Part shown: one piece after another, positions 28,176 through 38,136 of the stretch
Layout of the letters: every line of letters starts with the position of its first letter
Numbering within the stretch: the first letter of the stretch is position 1
NCBI GenBank assembly: GCA_963578805.1
Contig: CAUZDY010000003.1
Span: forward strand, 514-64,513
Source of the DNA: Vicinamibacteria bacterium
GTDB taxonomy: Bacteria; Acidobacteriota; Vicinamibacteria; Vicinamibacterales; UBA8438
DNA length: 64,000 nucleotides
Reading direction: 5' to 3'
Translations under genes and position numbers: made by a program
The notes under the pieces: model-generated
What the model was told of the DNA's origin: nothing
The model's input: only the letters and a program-made list of their open reading frames with translations
Database searches by the model: none

Positions 28176-28982
28176 ATGGCTGGTTTGACGCGCAAGATCA
28201 CGCGCCTCCGGAAACTTCTCAAGGAACTCGATAGTGTCGTGGTCTGCTTTTCGGGGGGTGTCGACTCGAGTTATCTCCTCGCGGAATCAGTTCGGGTCCT
28301 CGGGGACCGTGCGGTCGCACTTACCGCGATGTCACCGAGTCTGGCGCCAGAAGAAGGCTTATCCGCCAAGAACCTAGCACGCCAACTAGGTGCGCGGCAC
28401 GTCCTCGTCCACACCTTCGAACTCGACGACCCAAGATACGCAGAGAACCCGGTCAACCGATGCTACTTCTGCAAAACTGAGGTCTACGGGAGGGCGGTTG
28501 AGAGAGCCCGTGGTCTGGGTGCCAGCTACGTCGTGGACGGTTTCAATCTTGACGACCGGAGCGACTATAGACCGGGAAAGCAGGCAGCGCGCGAACATGG
28601 CGTCCGATCTCCACTCGATGAGGTCGGGTTCACAAAGACCGACATCAGGACGGCGGCGCAGCGTTTGGCGCTTCCGGTATGGGACAAACCGGCGCTGGCA
28701 TGCCTCTCCAGTCGCTTTCCATACGGGACATCGATTACACCCGAACGTTTGACACAAGTGGCCGACTGTGAACGTGTGCTCCGAACTCTCGGATTTCAGG
28801 TGTGCCGTGTCCGCCACCACGTTACTATGGCGCGTATAGAAGTTGCTCCAGAGGAGGTTTCGCGACTCCGGCAGCCGGAGATTCTGTCGGAGATCACCCG
28901 GCAGTTTAGAGACGCCGGATTCGAAACTGTAGACGTGGCTCCCCGTGGGTACCGAGCCGGGGGACTCAATTCACCGCTCTAA
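28176..28982 (+). CDS. larE: LarE-family ATP-dependent sulfur transferase (PP-loop ATP pyrophosphatase)
   Basis: VVCFSGGVDSS is the PP-loop. NRCYFCK and ACLSSRFPYG match the LarE/TIGR00268 family. I placed the start at ATG 28176, which has GGAGG 8 nt upstream. Confidence 0.8.
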   Translation: MAGLTRKITRLRKLLKELDSVVVCFSGGVDSSYLLAESVRVLGDRAVALTAMSPSLAPEEGLSAKNLARQLGARHVLVHTFELDDPRYAENPVNRCYFCKTEVYGRAVERARGLGASYVVDGFNLDDRSDYRPGKQAAREHGVRSPLDEVGFTKTDIRTAAQRLALPVWDKPALACLSSRFPYGTSITPERLTQVADCERVLRTLGFQVCRVRHHVTMARIEVAPEEVSRLRQPEILSEITRQFRDAGFETVDVAPRGYRAGGLNSPL

Positions 28983-30507
28983 ACATCTCCTCGACCGGAA
29001 TGACCCGCGTACGGGCCGGGTTGATCGGTAATTCGTAGTTCATGATCATCTCGTCCTCGGCCATGATCTCATCGGTCATCGTCGTGTTGTAGGTCGGTGG
29101 CGACGGACCGTTGGCCAGTAGCGTGTCGCGAAACGCCTCAGCCTCGCTTGTTACGATCGCGATGGCGATGTTGTCAGACCGAAGATGGCGACGTACAGCG
29201 GCGTTAACGTCATCGACCGTCAGCGTCGGCAGTCGCTGCCGGATTTCATCGATGTAGTAGCCGGTGCCGTAAAACATGGAATCCAGCAGATAGCCAAGCC
29301 GCCGACTGGCCGTCTGCACGTACAGATTAGCGTAGTGGAGCAAGAACTCCCGCGTCGCCTCGAAGTCGGCCGGCGACAAACCATCCGTGACCAGGCGGTC
29401 GAGTTCACGGAGCGCCTGGCGAAGAGCGAAGTGAGCGTTGTGATGTGGAACCGGCCTGATCCAGATGCTGAAGAACTGCTGCCGGCGGGGAATGTTCGGA
29501 ACGGGGAGACGTGACGACCCGTCCTGGATGAAATTCTCGACATAGGAATAGTCCCCGTAGTTGAGCCCACGGTCGCCGCGCATCTTGTTCATCAGCAGTC
29601 CGTTGAAATTCCGGTGCTCACCGAAATACGAATTAGCGACCAGTAGCGGGTAGAAGTCATCGTCGGCACGCGACACGTCGACCGGAAACCCAATGGAAAT
29701 TGCGGTCGCTATGGCATCCTTGTCGACCAACAGAACCTCCAGTCCGTCAAGGCTCGGCGGTGGCGGCAGCGCGAGGGGCTCGGCGACGCCGGCCTCCAGC
29801 CCCTCCGCGAGGTCGCGCTCCAGCTGACTCAAGAACCCGATCGGATACCCGCCGGCGACCCCAACGGACAAGGTGTCCCGCGTATAGTGCTGAGCGTGAA
29901 AGCTCCGCACATCATCGAGAGTAATAGCCTGGAGACCACACTCGGTACCGATCGTCGGAGCGCCATACGGGTGACCGACGTACAACATCGCGTTCAGGGC
30001 TTCTTTCCCGAGCTCCTCATCATCGTTACCCCGCAGGCCAGAGACAAGCGAATTGGTGAGGAACTCTCTGTTTCGCTCGAAGTCCGACGAGTCGAACCGG
30101 GGCGAGAGCACCAGATCTCTTAGGATCGCCGAAAACGGCTCCAGATGATCCCTGTGCACATGACCGACCAACGTGGTGACCTCCTTGTCGGCCTGGGCAT
30201 CAATTGACGCCGCCCACGGATAGAGCGCCGCGGTCAGCTCCTCATAGCTCAACCTCTGGGTCCCACCCCGACCGAGCATCAGCGCCGTGAGAGCATTGAG
30301 GCCGTTTTTTCCCTCAGGATCGTTGATCGACCCGGTCCTGAACACGACACGAATCGTTACCAGTGGGGAGCCAGGTATCGGCAAACCGATCCGAGTCTCC
30401 GTATTGGGTTCTATCGGGTCGGGTCCGGCACAACCGAAGGCCAGGGCGCTCACTGCCGCGACGGTCATCGCTGTTCGGCTCCAGCTGGTGACCCTCGACA
30501 TCATCAC
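28966..30507 (-). CDS. M16-family peptidase, non-catalytic subunit-like (no HxxEH), lipoprotein signal
   Basis: The lipobox is ALAFGC. The M16 fold is present, but GLNALTALMLGRGGT occupies the position of the HxxEH motif. The gene overlaps the upstream M16 gene by 4 nt. Confidence 0.8.
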   Translation of the reverse strand: MMMSRVTSWSRTAMTVAAVSALAFGCAGPDPIEPNTETRIGLPIPGSPLVTIRVVFRTGSINDPEGKNGLNALTALMLGRGGTQRLSYEELTAALYPWAASIDAQADKEVTTLVGHVHRDHLEPFSAILRDLVLSPRFDSSDFERNREFLTNSLVSGLRGNDDEELGKEALNAMLYVGHPYGAPTIGTECGLQAITLDDVRSFHAQHYTRDTLSVGVAGGYPIGFLSQLERDLAEGLEAGVAEPLALPPPPSLDGLEVLLVDKDAIATAISIGFPVDVSRADDDFYPLLVANSYFGEHRNFNGLLMNKMRGDRGLNYGDYSYVENFIQDGSSRLPVPNIPRRQQFFSIWIRPVPHHNAHFALRQALRELDRLVTDGLSPADFEATREFLLHYANLYVQTASRRLGYLLDSMFYGTGYYIDEIRQRLPTLTVDDVNAAVRRHLRSDNIAIAIVTSEAEAFRDTLLANGPSPPTYNTTMTDEIMAEDEMIMNYELPINPARTRVIPVEEMFRAVN

Positions 30508-31892
30508 GTTCCCTCCGATGTCAGGGTCACGACGGTCCGATTCGACTCCGGAAAATAGGTCGTCGCGAGTCGCCTGATGTCGTCGGCGGTGACAGCGTCA
30601 TATAACCGGTACACCCGGTTTACCGTCTCGGGATCCTCGGTCAGCTGCAAATAGTGCCCCATGGTCTCCGCCACGCTCGCTGGATTGTCCAGTCGCCGTA
30701 CGAACGCGTATCGCATGTGGGATTTCGTCGCTGCAAGGACTGCATCCTCGACCGACTCGACCTTCAACCGGTCGATTTCGGCGAGGATGGTGTCGCGCAC
30801 ATAGTCGACCTTGGTGGAATCAGTGACACGGGCCAGGATCGTAAAGAGTGGGGCATCGCGATGGTCAACGGCACCACCGGTGAGCAGATCAACGACCTGC
30901 TCCTCAAGGTAAAGCTTCCGAAACAAGGGAGATGCCTGAGAGAAAAGTAGCTCTGACAAAACATCGAGCGCCGGCATGTCTACCGCCTGATCGGAGAAGG
31001 GCGGGACGTGATAACCCAGCATCAGAAAGGGCAGCGTCGGGTTCGTCCAAGTCACCGCATCGGATCGTTCGCGGGTCTGAGGTGGCTCGACTGGAATACT
31101 CGGTTCGAAGTCGCCACGCTCCCACTCACCATAGTACTGCTCGACAAGTGCCTCCAGCTGATCTGGATCGACGTCCCCAACTGCCACCACTATCGAATTG
31201 TTCGGGCGGTAGTAGCGGTCGTAGAACTCGAGACTATAGTCGTAGTGATTGGGCATTTCCTGGATGTCAGTGAGCCGACCCATGGTGGTGTGCTCGTAGG
31301 GGTGGATCAGAAACGCGCGGTCATGCAGCCGCTCGCGCAGTAGGGATAACGGATTCGAAAAATTCAGGTTGTACTCGCCGAGGATCGCGCCTGCCTCCGT
31401 TCGAAAGTCATTCTCAGAGTACTGAAGATTGAGAAAGCGATCTGATTCGAGATCGATGATCGTCTCGAGTGACTCGGAGCTCGCCACAATGTGATACGCC
31501 GTCCAGTCGTCGGTGGTAAAAGCGTTGGCGTCGGCCCCTAGCCGCTTGATAACGGCATTGTAGACATCAGTTGGATACTTCTCGGTTCCCCGAAACATCA
31601 TGTGCTCAAAGAAATGTGCGTAGCCTGAGAAACCGTCCTCAACTTCGTTCCGCGAGCCCGTCCTAACGATGGTATAGAAGGCCATGATCCCGGGGCTGTC
31701 GTACTCGACACTGACGACTTTTAACCCGTTGTCAAGCTCTGTCATCCTCACAGGAAACGGAAAAACGTCGCCGGCGTCTTGGGCCACCGGGCGTCGGGCC
31801 GGTAATGCCAAAGTAATCGTCACCGCGGCGATCATGACTACCCATCCACGCCGTGCTGTCATTGGTTTCGCTCCACGCCCGCCGTCATCCAA
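30504..31892 (-). CDS. M16-family zinc metallopeptidase (pitrilysin/insulinase-like), catalytic subunit
   Basis: GYAHFFEHMMFRGTEKYP contains the HxxEH zinc motif. Confidence 0.85.
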   Translation of the reverse strand: MDDGGRGAKPMTARRGWVVMIAAVTITLALPARRPVAQDAGDVFPFPVRMTELDNGLKVVSVEYDSPGIMAFYTIVRTGSRNEVEDGFSGYAHFFEHMMFRGTEKYPTDVYNAVIKRLGADANAFTTDDWTAYHIVASSESLETIIDLESDRFLNLQYSENDFRTEAGAILGEYNLNFSNPLSLLRERLHDRAFLIHPYEHTTMGRLTDIQEMPNHYDYSLEFYDRYYRPNNSIVVAVGDVDPDQLEALVEQYYGEWERGDFEPSIPVEPPQTRERSDAVTWTNPTLPFLMLGYHVPPFSDQAVDMPALDVLSELLFSQASPLFRKLYLEEQVVDLLTGGAVDHRDAPLFTILARVTDSTKVDYVRDTILAEIDRLKVESVEDAVLAATKSHMRYAFVRRLDNPASVAETMGHYLQLTEDPETVNRVYRLYDAVTADDIRRLATTYFPESNRTVVTLTSEGT

Positions 31893-32166
31893 TCGAAGCC
31901 CTGCACTCCGGGTCGAAGTTAGGGCTGGCGCCCGCCCCAGCGTCAGTGTATTTCCAGAGCGCAGTACGCGCCAATTGTACCGGACTCATCCACACACCGG
32001 CCGAACTCTTCCGTCGATTGGTATCTGACCCGAGCAGGACGTGCCCCTGACCGTGGCGCCCAACGCGTGAAATGACGCGGCGCTGACCCACTGTAGGCAT
32101 ACGTGTCCTCACCGGGACACATTGACCACAAAACACGACAGGACTATTCATGTTTTGCAGGTTTTT

Positions 32167-32182
32167 TTGTAACTAGTTACAA
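32167..32182. promoter_or_regulatory. Perfect 16-bp palindrome TTGTAACTAGTTACAA in a divergent promoter region (candidate operator)
   Basis: Read directly from the sequence. It is preceded by a T7 run and lies between the M16 operon start (31892) and the PEGA gene (about 32231). Confidence 0.45.
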
Positions 32183-32230
32183 GTCTTTAATCCTGGCACG
32201 ATGTCTGCATTTCTCGTGAGGTGCCAGCCT

Positions 32231-33457
32231 ATGGCGAAAGGGGAGGTCATGTCACGTTTGACATCATCGACGATTACATTTGCAGTAGTAGTCTTCCTGA
32301 GTGTCCCGTACCTTTCGACGGCCAGTGAAGACGAACAACGGGTCCGTGCGCGTACCCGGGATTTGGATCGTGCCACGTCGGCGCCGGCACGGAGCGAACC
32401 GACCACGCGAAGCGCTCCGACACCATCACTGGGTGCTCACTCGGGAGGGAAGAGATCCCCCGTAACACGCAGCGTTAACCGCGTCACCAGAAGAGCCCGT
32501 GTCGCGCAGCTAAAAGCTGGGGCACCGAGACAAATCTCGCGAAAGCTGTCACGTCGCGCCCCCATCGTCCGTAACGCCGAGCGGAGCGCCACGGTCAACA
32601 CCGGTCAACAATCCGAGACGAAAAGCCCGACCCGCACCGTGAAGCGAGCAACGCCTCTCGCGTCCGGAGCCACATCGATTGATTCAACCCGGACACGCAA
32701 TCTGGCGCCAGCCTCAAGCCGTGTAAGGCGCCACACGCGAGCTAGCGGAGAAAGCTCCTCTCGGGTGGTGCTTCGGCAACGCGTTGTGGGTGCGGCCAGG
32801 GCTTCAGCGGCTCACCCCAGTCGACGGCGCGCCGGGCCGGGTAACGTTTTTGGCGCGGCGGTCCCTCGAGCAACACTTGATGGAACATTCAACCCCAACG
32901 TCGGATCCCGCGGCCGAGGCTATGTCCTCTGGCGTGGAAGGACCTCGTCCTATGGGCACCGGTACCCGCACAGCCGCGGCCGTTTACGCTTTGGCCGATC
33001 GACTAGGCATAACGGACGTGGCCACTTCCCAAATTACTCGTACGGATCAAGATTGTACGGAGCATCGTACTATCCGCGTTACGGTTTCAACATCGGCTTT
33101 AGCTTCGAATCTGGATCCGCGTTCGGACACTACGGGTACAGAAGATATCGGTACCCTCGATACAAGTATTTCTCTTACGGTCACCCATACTACCCATACG
33201 GCTATAGGCAGAGGGTCGCGAACCCATACATGGGTTCACTCCGTCTCCAGGTGAAACCACGTGACGCAAAAGTGTTTCTGGATGGCTACTATGTCGGTCT
33301 AGTTGACTCCTTCGATGGGTTCACTCAGCGCCTGCGTCTCAAGGAAGGCACGCACCAGATCGAGATTAGTCACCCTGATTATCTGCCGATCGACCTCGAT
33401 GTACTGATTGTCACTGGCGAGACGGTCACGTTCAAAGAGCGGATGGTCCGGCCTTAG
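32231..33457 (+). CDS. PEGA domain-containing secreted protein with long Arg/Ser-rich and Tyr/Gly/Arg-rich low-complexity regions
   Basis: The C-terminus LRLQVKPRDAKVFLDGYYVGLVDSFDGFTQRLRLKEGTHQIEISHPDYLP is a PEGA domain. The start is ambiguous (32201, 32231 or 32249). Confidence 0.7.
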   Translation: MAKGEVMSRLTSSTITFAVVVFLSVPYLSTASEDEQRVRARTRDLDRATSAPARSEPTTRSAPTPSLGAHSGGKRSPVTRSVNRVTRRARVAQLKAGAPRQISRKLSRRAPIVRNAERSATVNTGQQSETKSPTRTVKRATPLASGATSIDSTRTRNLAPASSRVRRHTRASGESSSRVVLRQRVVGAARASAAHPSRRRAGPGNVFGAAVPRATLDGTFNPNVGSRGRGYVLWRGRTSSYGHRYPHSRGRLRFGRSTRHNGRGHFPNYSYGSRLYGASYYPRYGFNIGFSFESGSAFGHYGYRRYRYPRYKYFSYGHPYYPYGYRQRVANPYMGSLRLQVKPRDAKVFLDGYYVGLVDSFDGFTQRLRLKEGTHQIEISHPDYLPIDLDVLIVTGETVTFKERMVRP

Positions 33458-33515
33458 CTTAGGTACTCGTCGCCTCACGCTGCGGTGCAGGGGTGGCAGC
33501 GCCGATGCCGTATCG

Positions 33516-33854
33516 TCATGATGGGCACTGCGTCCCGCAGTGCCAACATTCGGTGAACTGCCGCTCCACCTCCTCGTGACACTGTGGACAGTGCCACGTG
33601 TCTACGAGCCGCCTCGGCTCCTCCCCGGCGCGCCGTACGTAATCCTGAACGACATCGAGCGCCAGCGGATACGTGTCATCCTCCAAGACCCACAACGACG
33701 ATCGAGTCTCCAAATGCATCAGGGTGCCACCTTGGAACGGCATGAAGTCGTCTCCGCGGATCACACACCGAACGCCCACTGATTCCAGTAAGCCGCGCAC
33801 GACGTGAGCATCACCTGGCCCCCGGGTGACATATATTTTCTTAAGGTCAGACAT
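33516..33854 (-). CDS. DUF2007-like (putative signal-transducing) domain protein with a C-terminal zinc ribbon
   Basis: MSDLKKIYVTRGPGDAHVVRGLLESVGVRCVIRGDD..., then WHCPQCHEEVERQFTECWHCG. Confidence 0.6.
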   Translation of the reverse strand: MSDLKKIYVTRGPGDAHVVRGLLESVGVRCVIRGDDFMPFQGGTLMHLETRSSLWVLEDDTYPLALDVVQDYVRRAGEEPRRLVDTWHCPQCHEEVERQFTECWHCGTQCPS

Positions 33855-33970
33855 GTAACTCAACGTCGGGCATCGACCGTGTGTCACGATCGAGTAATTC
33901 TCCCCGCCATCGAGGGGTGAATAGCACGAAAGCCTGACCTCGGAACATCATCGAGGGTTCTCCTTCCCCA

Positions 33971-35620
33971 TCACGGACCGGCAACCTCGACCTCTAACTC
34001 AGCTCCGAACAGCAGCGACTGGTCCTGGTCGGACGCGGCCCAGTGCAGCAACGTCTCCACGTCAGGAATGACGAGACCATCCCATGAAACAACAGAGTTG
34101 GTCACCACCCGAATTGGCTCTGAAAAATCGAACTGGTCAGGCGACAAGAGCAAGGTGTACCGCCAGACACCCTGAGTCCGCGCGACCACAGTGTTGCCAT
34201 CCCGAGATAGATCAACCCGCCCAGACGGCTCATCGCGTCCGAAGGCCGGGCGTGCCTGGGTCCTGAAAGTCGTTGGATAACTCAACATCAGATTCATGAC
34301 TTCAGTGTCACGTCGGACAGAGATCGGCAGCTCATCGCCCGGGCCAAAGTTCATGATGGCCTGCCTCAATGCCTCGGGGGTTGGAGTCGGTTGACCGCTG
34401 ACAGTCAGGACGATGTCATCAGGCTCGATTCCTGCCGCGTCAACCATCGAGCCCTCTCCAACGTCCAGCAGCTGGAGTCCAGAACCATCGACAAGCTCGC
34501 CGACCATACTGATGCCCAGCTGCGCATCGGGCACCCGGCGTGTCAGCGTATTGAACGGTTCCAATTCGCTCTCGCCCTCCACGGTGCCGAGCTCGCTTAT
34601 GATCAACCAGTGGGCACGACTGAAGTGACTGACGCTCTCACTCTCCCAGCTCAACTGATCAGGTAACGGCTGCCGCGGCGTTGACGCAATAAACGAATCA
34701 ATCATCGGCGAAAGATCGGGCCACCACCGCATATTGTGCTCGGCCTCTGGCAGCCCGTGAAAATCGAGCAAGACGCTGGCGTTCTCGAACAACTCGATGA
34801 ACGGGCTAACCACTTCCAGCGGATAGAGACGGTCCTGACCACCATTGACAATGAGGAACGACTTGTTCGAAAGATTGGTCACATGCATCTGGCCGTCGGT
34901 ATCGGTGGAGGGGTTTGCGAGCACACCTGGATGGCCATGGAACGGAAGAAATGCAGCCCATGGTGTTGTGGCTTTGAAGGCGTGGTAGAAGGCTCCCGTG
35001 GCCCCATCGGACATTCCAAGAAGATAGACTCGATTTTCGTCGACGTTGTAGACCCGCTTAATGTCGTTCAGTAGGCCATAGAGATTCTCGACCTGGCTCT
35101 CCTGCCACCACAGTGACTTGGGCCACGACGCCGGAAAAACCACGATCGAATCTGACCGCAGGTACTGGTCTTGGTTGCGCCACCAGGTGCCATCGTCACC
35201 CAAGGGACGCATCACCCCGCCGTGCAGATAGACACGAACTGGGTAGGACTCCGCAGGGTCATAAACGTCGGGAATATGAACAACGTAAGGATGCTCGAGG
35301 CCATCCTGGTTGTGCCGTGTCAGCACACGTCGCCCTGTCTCGGCCTCACCGCGATAGACCCGTTTAGCCCTCAACGCTGCGGTAACCTTCTCGAATGAGG
35401 CGCCGAGCGCCACAATCGCACCAGCTGCGTCGGACCGTTCGTGATCGGATGTCGCCGCCCAAAACGTTCCAACAGCCGCCACCAATGCGTCTTGAGTGGC
35501 GTCCTGAGCGTGGCTTGCCTGACCCGTTGCGAGCACCCAAACCACGGTGACAAGCAGTACGGTTCGTGAGCACCCTGACACGCATTCCACAACCCGGCCG
35601 ATACCGGCCGATCCTGTCAT
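33971..35620 (-). CDS. Secreted alpha/beta hydrolase (esterase/peptidase-like) fused to a PDZ domain
   Basis: YLHGG and the nucleophile elbow LLGMSDGA (GxSxG). The PDZ-like segment is GLQLLDVGEGSMVDAAGIEPDDIVLTVSGQP. Confidence 0.7.
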   Translation of the reverse strand: MTGSAGIGRVVECVSGCSRTVLLVTVVWVLATGQASHAQDATQDALVAAVGTFWAATSDHERSDAAGAIVALGASFEKVTAALRAKRVYRGEAETGRRVLTRHNQDGLEHPYVVHIPDVYDPAESYPVRVYLHGGVMRPLGDDGTWWRNQDQYLRSDSIVVFPASWPKSLWWQESQVENLYGLLNDIKRVYNVDENRVYLLGMSDGATGAFYHAFKATTPWAAFLPFHGHPGVLANPSTDTDGQMHVTNLSNKSFLIVNGGQDRLYPLEVVSPFIELFENASVLLDFHGLPEAEHNMRWWPDLSPMIDSFIASTPRQPLPDQLSWESESVSHFSRAHWLIISELGTVEGESELEPFNTLTRRVPDAQLGISMVGELVDGSGLQLLDVGEGSMVDAAGIEPDDIVLTVSGQPTPTPEALRQAIMNFGPGDELPISVRRDTEVMNLMLSYPTTFRTQARPAFGRDEPSGRVDLSRDGNTVVARTQGVWRYTLLLSPDQFDFSEPIRVVTNSVVSWDGLVIPDVETLLHWAASDQDQSLLFGAELEVEVAGP

Positions 35621-36549
35621 TGCTGCTGCGTGGTACTGGCAGACCGCGTCAGACCGTGTGCATCGAGAAAACCTTGAATGGTCGCGAAGATCGCCAGCGT
35701 CTGCTCCCGATCGAACCCGCCGTGCCGACCGGCGGGTACTGTGTGCAGCTCATTGGAAACGCCCGTGGAAGACAGCTTCTCATGCAACATCACCGCTTGC
35801 TGATACGGGACTGTCGGGTCGGCATCGCCATGGATCGAAAGTATCGGCGGCAATCCCGAACGCACATAGGTCACTGGCGAAACGCGTTTAGCGATTGATG
35901 CCCGATCCTCAAGGCTCCCCATCCACTCCACGGCGTAGTTCCTCATATTGGCACCCTCCAGTAGATCGCCGACGTCAGTGATCCCATACCAGTTGATCAC
36001 CGCCGCCACTCGAAGGGTCTCAGAACCTGGGCATTCACGGGCTAAACCAGCCGACTCCGGAATCATGGCCGTCGTCAATGCAAGATGGCCTCCAGCGGAA
36101 TTTCCGGTCGTCACAATTTTGGATGTGTCGAGGTTGTACTCCGAGGCGTTGGCTATCACCCAGCGTAACGCGCAGATGCAATCTTCCACCGCGGCCGGGG
36201 CACGTGCGACCGAGCCGAGCCGATACTCGACATTGACGACAGCCCAACCCATCTCAAGATAGGGCAGCACACGAAGCACGTTGCTCTCCTTGGTCCCCCT
36301 CACCCAGCCTCCGCCGTGGATGTACATCAGGACCGGCGTGGCGCCGTCGGCATTCCTCGGAAGATACAGATCGAGCTTGCTCTCGGCATTGCTAGCGACG
36401 TGATAGGTAACGTTCGGGACGACCCGATATTCGTTCGACACATGCGCAAGGAACCCCGTTGTGTCTCCGACCTGTGCACCGACTTGGAGAGGCAGGACCA
36501 ATAATCCAACCAGGACGAATCCGAACGTTGCGAATATACGTGCAGGCAT
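35617..36549 (-). CDS. Alpha/beta hydrolase, carboxylesterase/lipase (HGGG-type), secreted
   Basis: VLMYIHGGGWVRG is the oxyanion motif. VTTGNSAGGHLA is GxSxG. IHGDADPTVP is also present. I placed the start at the internal ATG 36547-36549 (MPARIFATFGFVLVGLLVLPL). Confidence 0.8.
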   Translation of the reverse strand: MPARIFATFGFVLVGLLVLPLQVGAQVGDTTGFLAHVSNEYRVVPNVTYHVASNAESKLDLYLPRNADGATPVLMYIHGGGWVRGTKESNVLRVLPYLEMGWAVVNVEYRLGSVARAPAAVEDCICALRWVIANASEYNLDTSKIVTTGNSAGGHLALTTAMIPESAGLARECPGSETLRVAAVINWYGITDVGDLLEGANMRNYAVEWMGSLEDRASIAKRVSPVTYVRSGLPPILSIHGDADPTVPYQQAVMLHEKLSSTGVSNELHTVPAGRHGGFDREQTLAIFATIQGFLDAHGLTRSASTTQQQ

Positions 36550-36682
36550 GTCTACTCCTCTCAGGGCTGTGCGAGTTACAGAGGATGAATCGATGGTGAT
36601 CGGCACGTGACTCACCCCCACCGAGCATTCAGTAGGCTGTAGGATAACAACCAATTTGCTGGCATTATATGCTCGTACGTCA

Positions 36683-38110
36683 ATGACCACACGCTCTAAA
36701 ACGTCACGTCACCCTCTGCTAGCACTCGAAGACTGGTGGGCTATCTGGCTGGCTACCCTGTTGGTTACTCTTGTGGTCGTCCAGCTGGTCTCCGACGTGC
36801 CGGCGGTCGGACGCTGGACAGGGTCCCTACTCGATGCGTTTGGCGACGGCCTCGGCCTCATCACACTTGGGCTCGTCCTGACCCTGCTCACCACGATCGC
36901 AGTTCAGGTTATGGGGGGAATCGCCCGGAGTCACGCAATCGGCTTCCTCGGCGTCTTTGCGCTCGCGGTCGTGGCATACACCTGCGCTCAGCAGACGAGC
37001 ATTCGGGCAGCGGGCGTCGGGTACGCCTTCTGGGCACTTGCGATCGGCCTTGTGATTGCCAATGCGATCGGAACACCAGGGTGGATCAAGCCAGCCCTCC
37101 GGAGCGAGCTATATATCAAGACAGGTCTCGTGCTCCTTGGTGCGGAAATTCTCTTTGGCAATATCCTGAGTCTTGGTCTCCCTGGGCTCTTTGTGGCCTG
37201 GATGGTCACCCCGATCATTATTATTTTTATGTATCGATTTGGCATCAGACAACTCAAGATCAAGAGCCCAGCCCTCGTGATGGTGATTGCGACAGCAACA
37301 TCCGTGTGCGGAGTGTCTGCCGCCATTGCCGCGGCCGCCGCGACCCGCGCTAAGAAAGAGGAGCTCGCGATCGCCGTCGGCATGTCACTGATCTTTACGG
37401 TTGTGATGATGGTGGTCATGCCGTTGGGAATCCGCGCGGTTGGTATGAACCCCGTGGTGGGCGCCGCGTGGATCGGCGGGACCGTCGACGCCACCGGCGC
37501 CGTGGTCGCGGCCGGGGCACTACTCGGGGAACAGGCCGAGCAGATCGCCGCGGTCGTCAAGATGATTCAGAACACACTCATCGGTCTAGTAGCATTCGCG
37601 ATCGCGGTGTTCTGGGTGACGCAGGTCGAATCCAGCACTCGGTCTGCTCAGAGTCGTCCAACCGCCATGGAGGTCTGGTATCGATTCCCGAAATTCATCC
37701 TTGGCTTTGTCGCGGCATCGTTGGTCTTCTCGTTCGTGCTCACGCCGATGCTCGGTAGCGCTCGAGTCGAGGATGTCTTAGATGTGACCTCGGATCTGCG
37801 AGGATGGCTCTTTTGTCTCGCTTTCGTGAGCATCGGCCTGGATTCGCGGTTCCTCGACCTCTGGCAACACGCAAACGGCGGGCGTCCCATCCAGCTATAC
37901 ATCGTTGGTCAGGCGTTCAACGTCGTTCTCACACTCCTGGCCGCCTACCTCGCATTCGGCGGGATCCTGTTTGAACCGATTCCTGTCAGGTCCGAGAACA
38001 CGACTACGCGAAACGTGATCCAGCACAACATCGAAACCGACGTCGAGGCCACGGCACTGTTCTACACCGAAGTGCCCAGGTGGGGCGATTGGATCAGGTT
38101 CGATAGATAG
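36683..38110 (+). CDS. YeiH/UPF0324 family putative sulfate exporter
   Basis: A polytopic protein of about 475 aa with the YeiH-like pattern (...GVSAAIAAA...GGTVDATGAVVAAG...). I took the start at ATG 36683. Confidence 0.75.
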   Translation: MTTRSKTSRHPLLALEDWWAIWLATLLVTLVVVQLVSDVPAVGRWTGSLLDAFGDGLGLITLGLVLTLLTTIAVQVMGGIARSHAIGFLGVFALAVVAYTCAQQTSIRAAGVGYAFWALAIGLVIANAIGTPGWIKPALRSELYIKTGLVLLGAEILFGNILSLGLPGLFVAWMVTPIIIIFMYRFGIRQLKIKSPALVMVIATATSVCGVSAAIAAAAATRAKKEELAIAVGMSLIFTVVMMVVMPLGIRAVGMNPVVGAAWIGGTVDATGAVVAAGALLGEQAEQIAAVVKMIQNTLIGLVAFAIAVFWVTQVESSTRSAQSRPTAMEVWYRFPKFILGFVAASLVFSFVLTPMLGSARVEDVLDVTSDLRGWLFCLAFVSIGLDSRFLDLWQHANGGRPIQLYIVGQAFNVVLTLLAAYLAFGGILFEPIPVRSENTTTRNVIQHNIETDVEATALFYTEVPRWGDWIRFDR

Positions 38111-38136
38111 CAGCCCGGACTCTCGCTCCTCTACTA

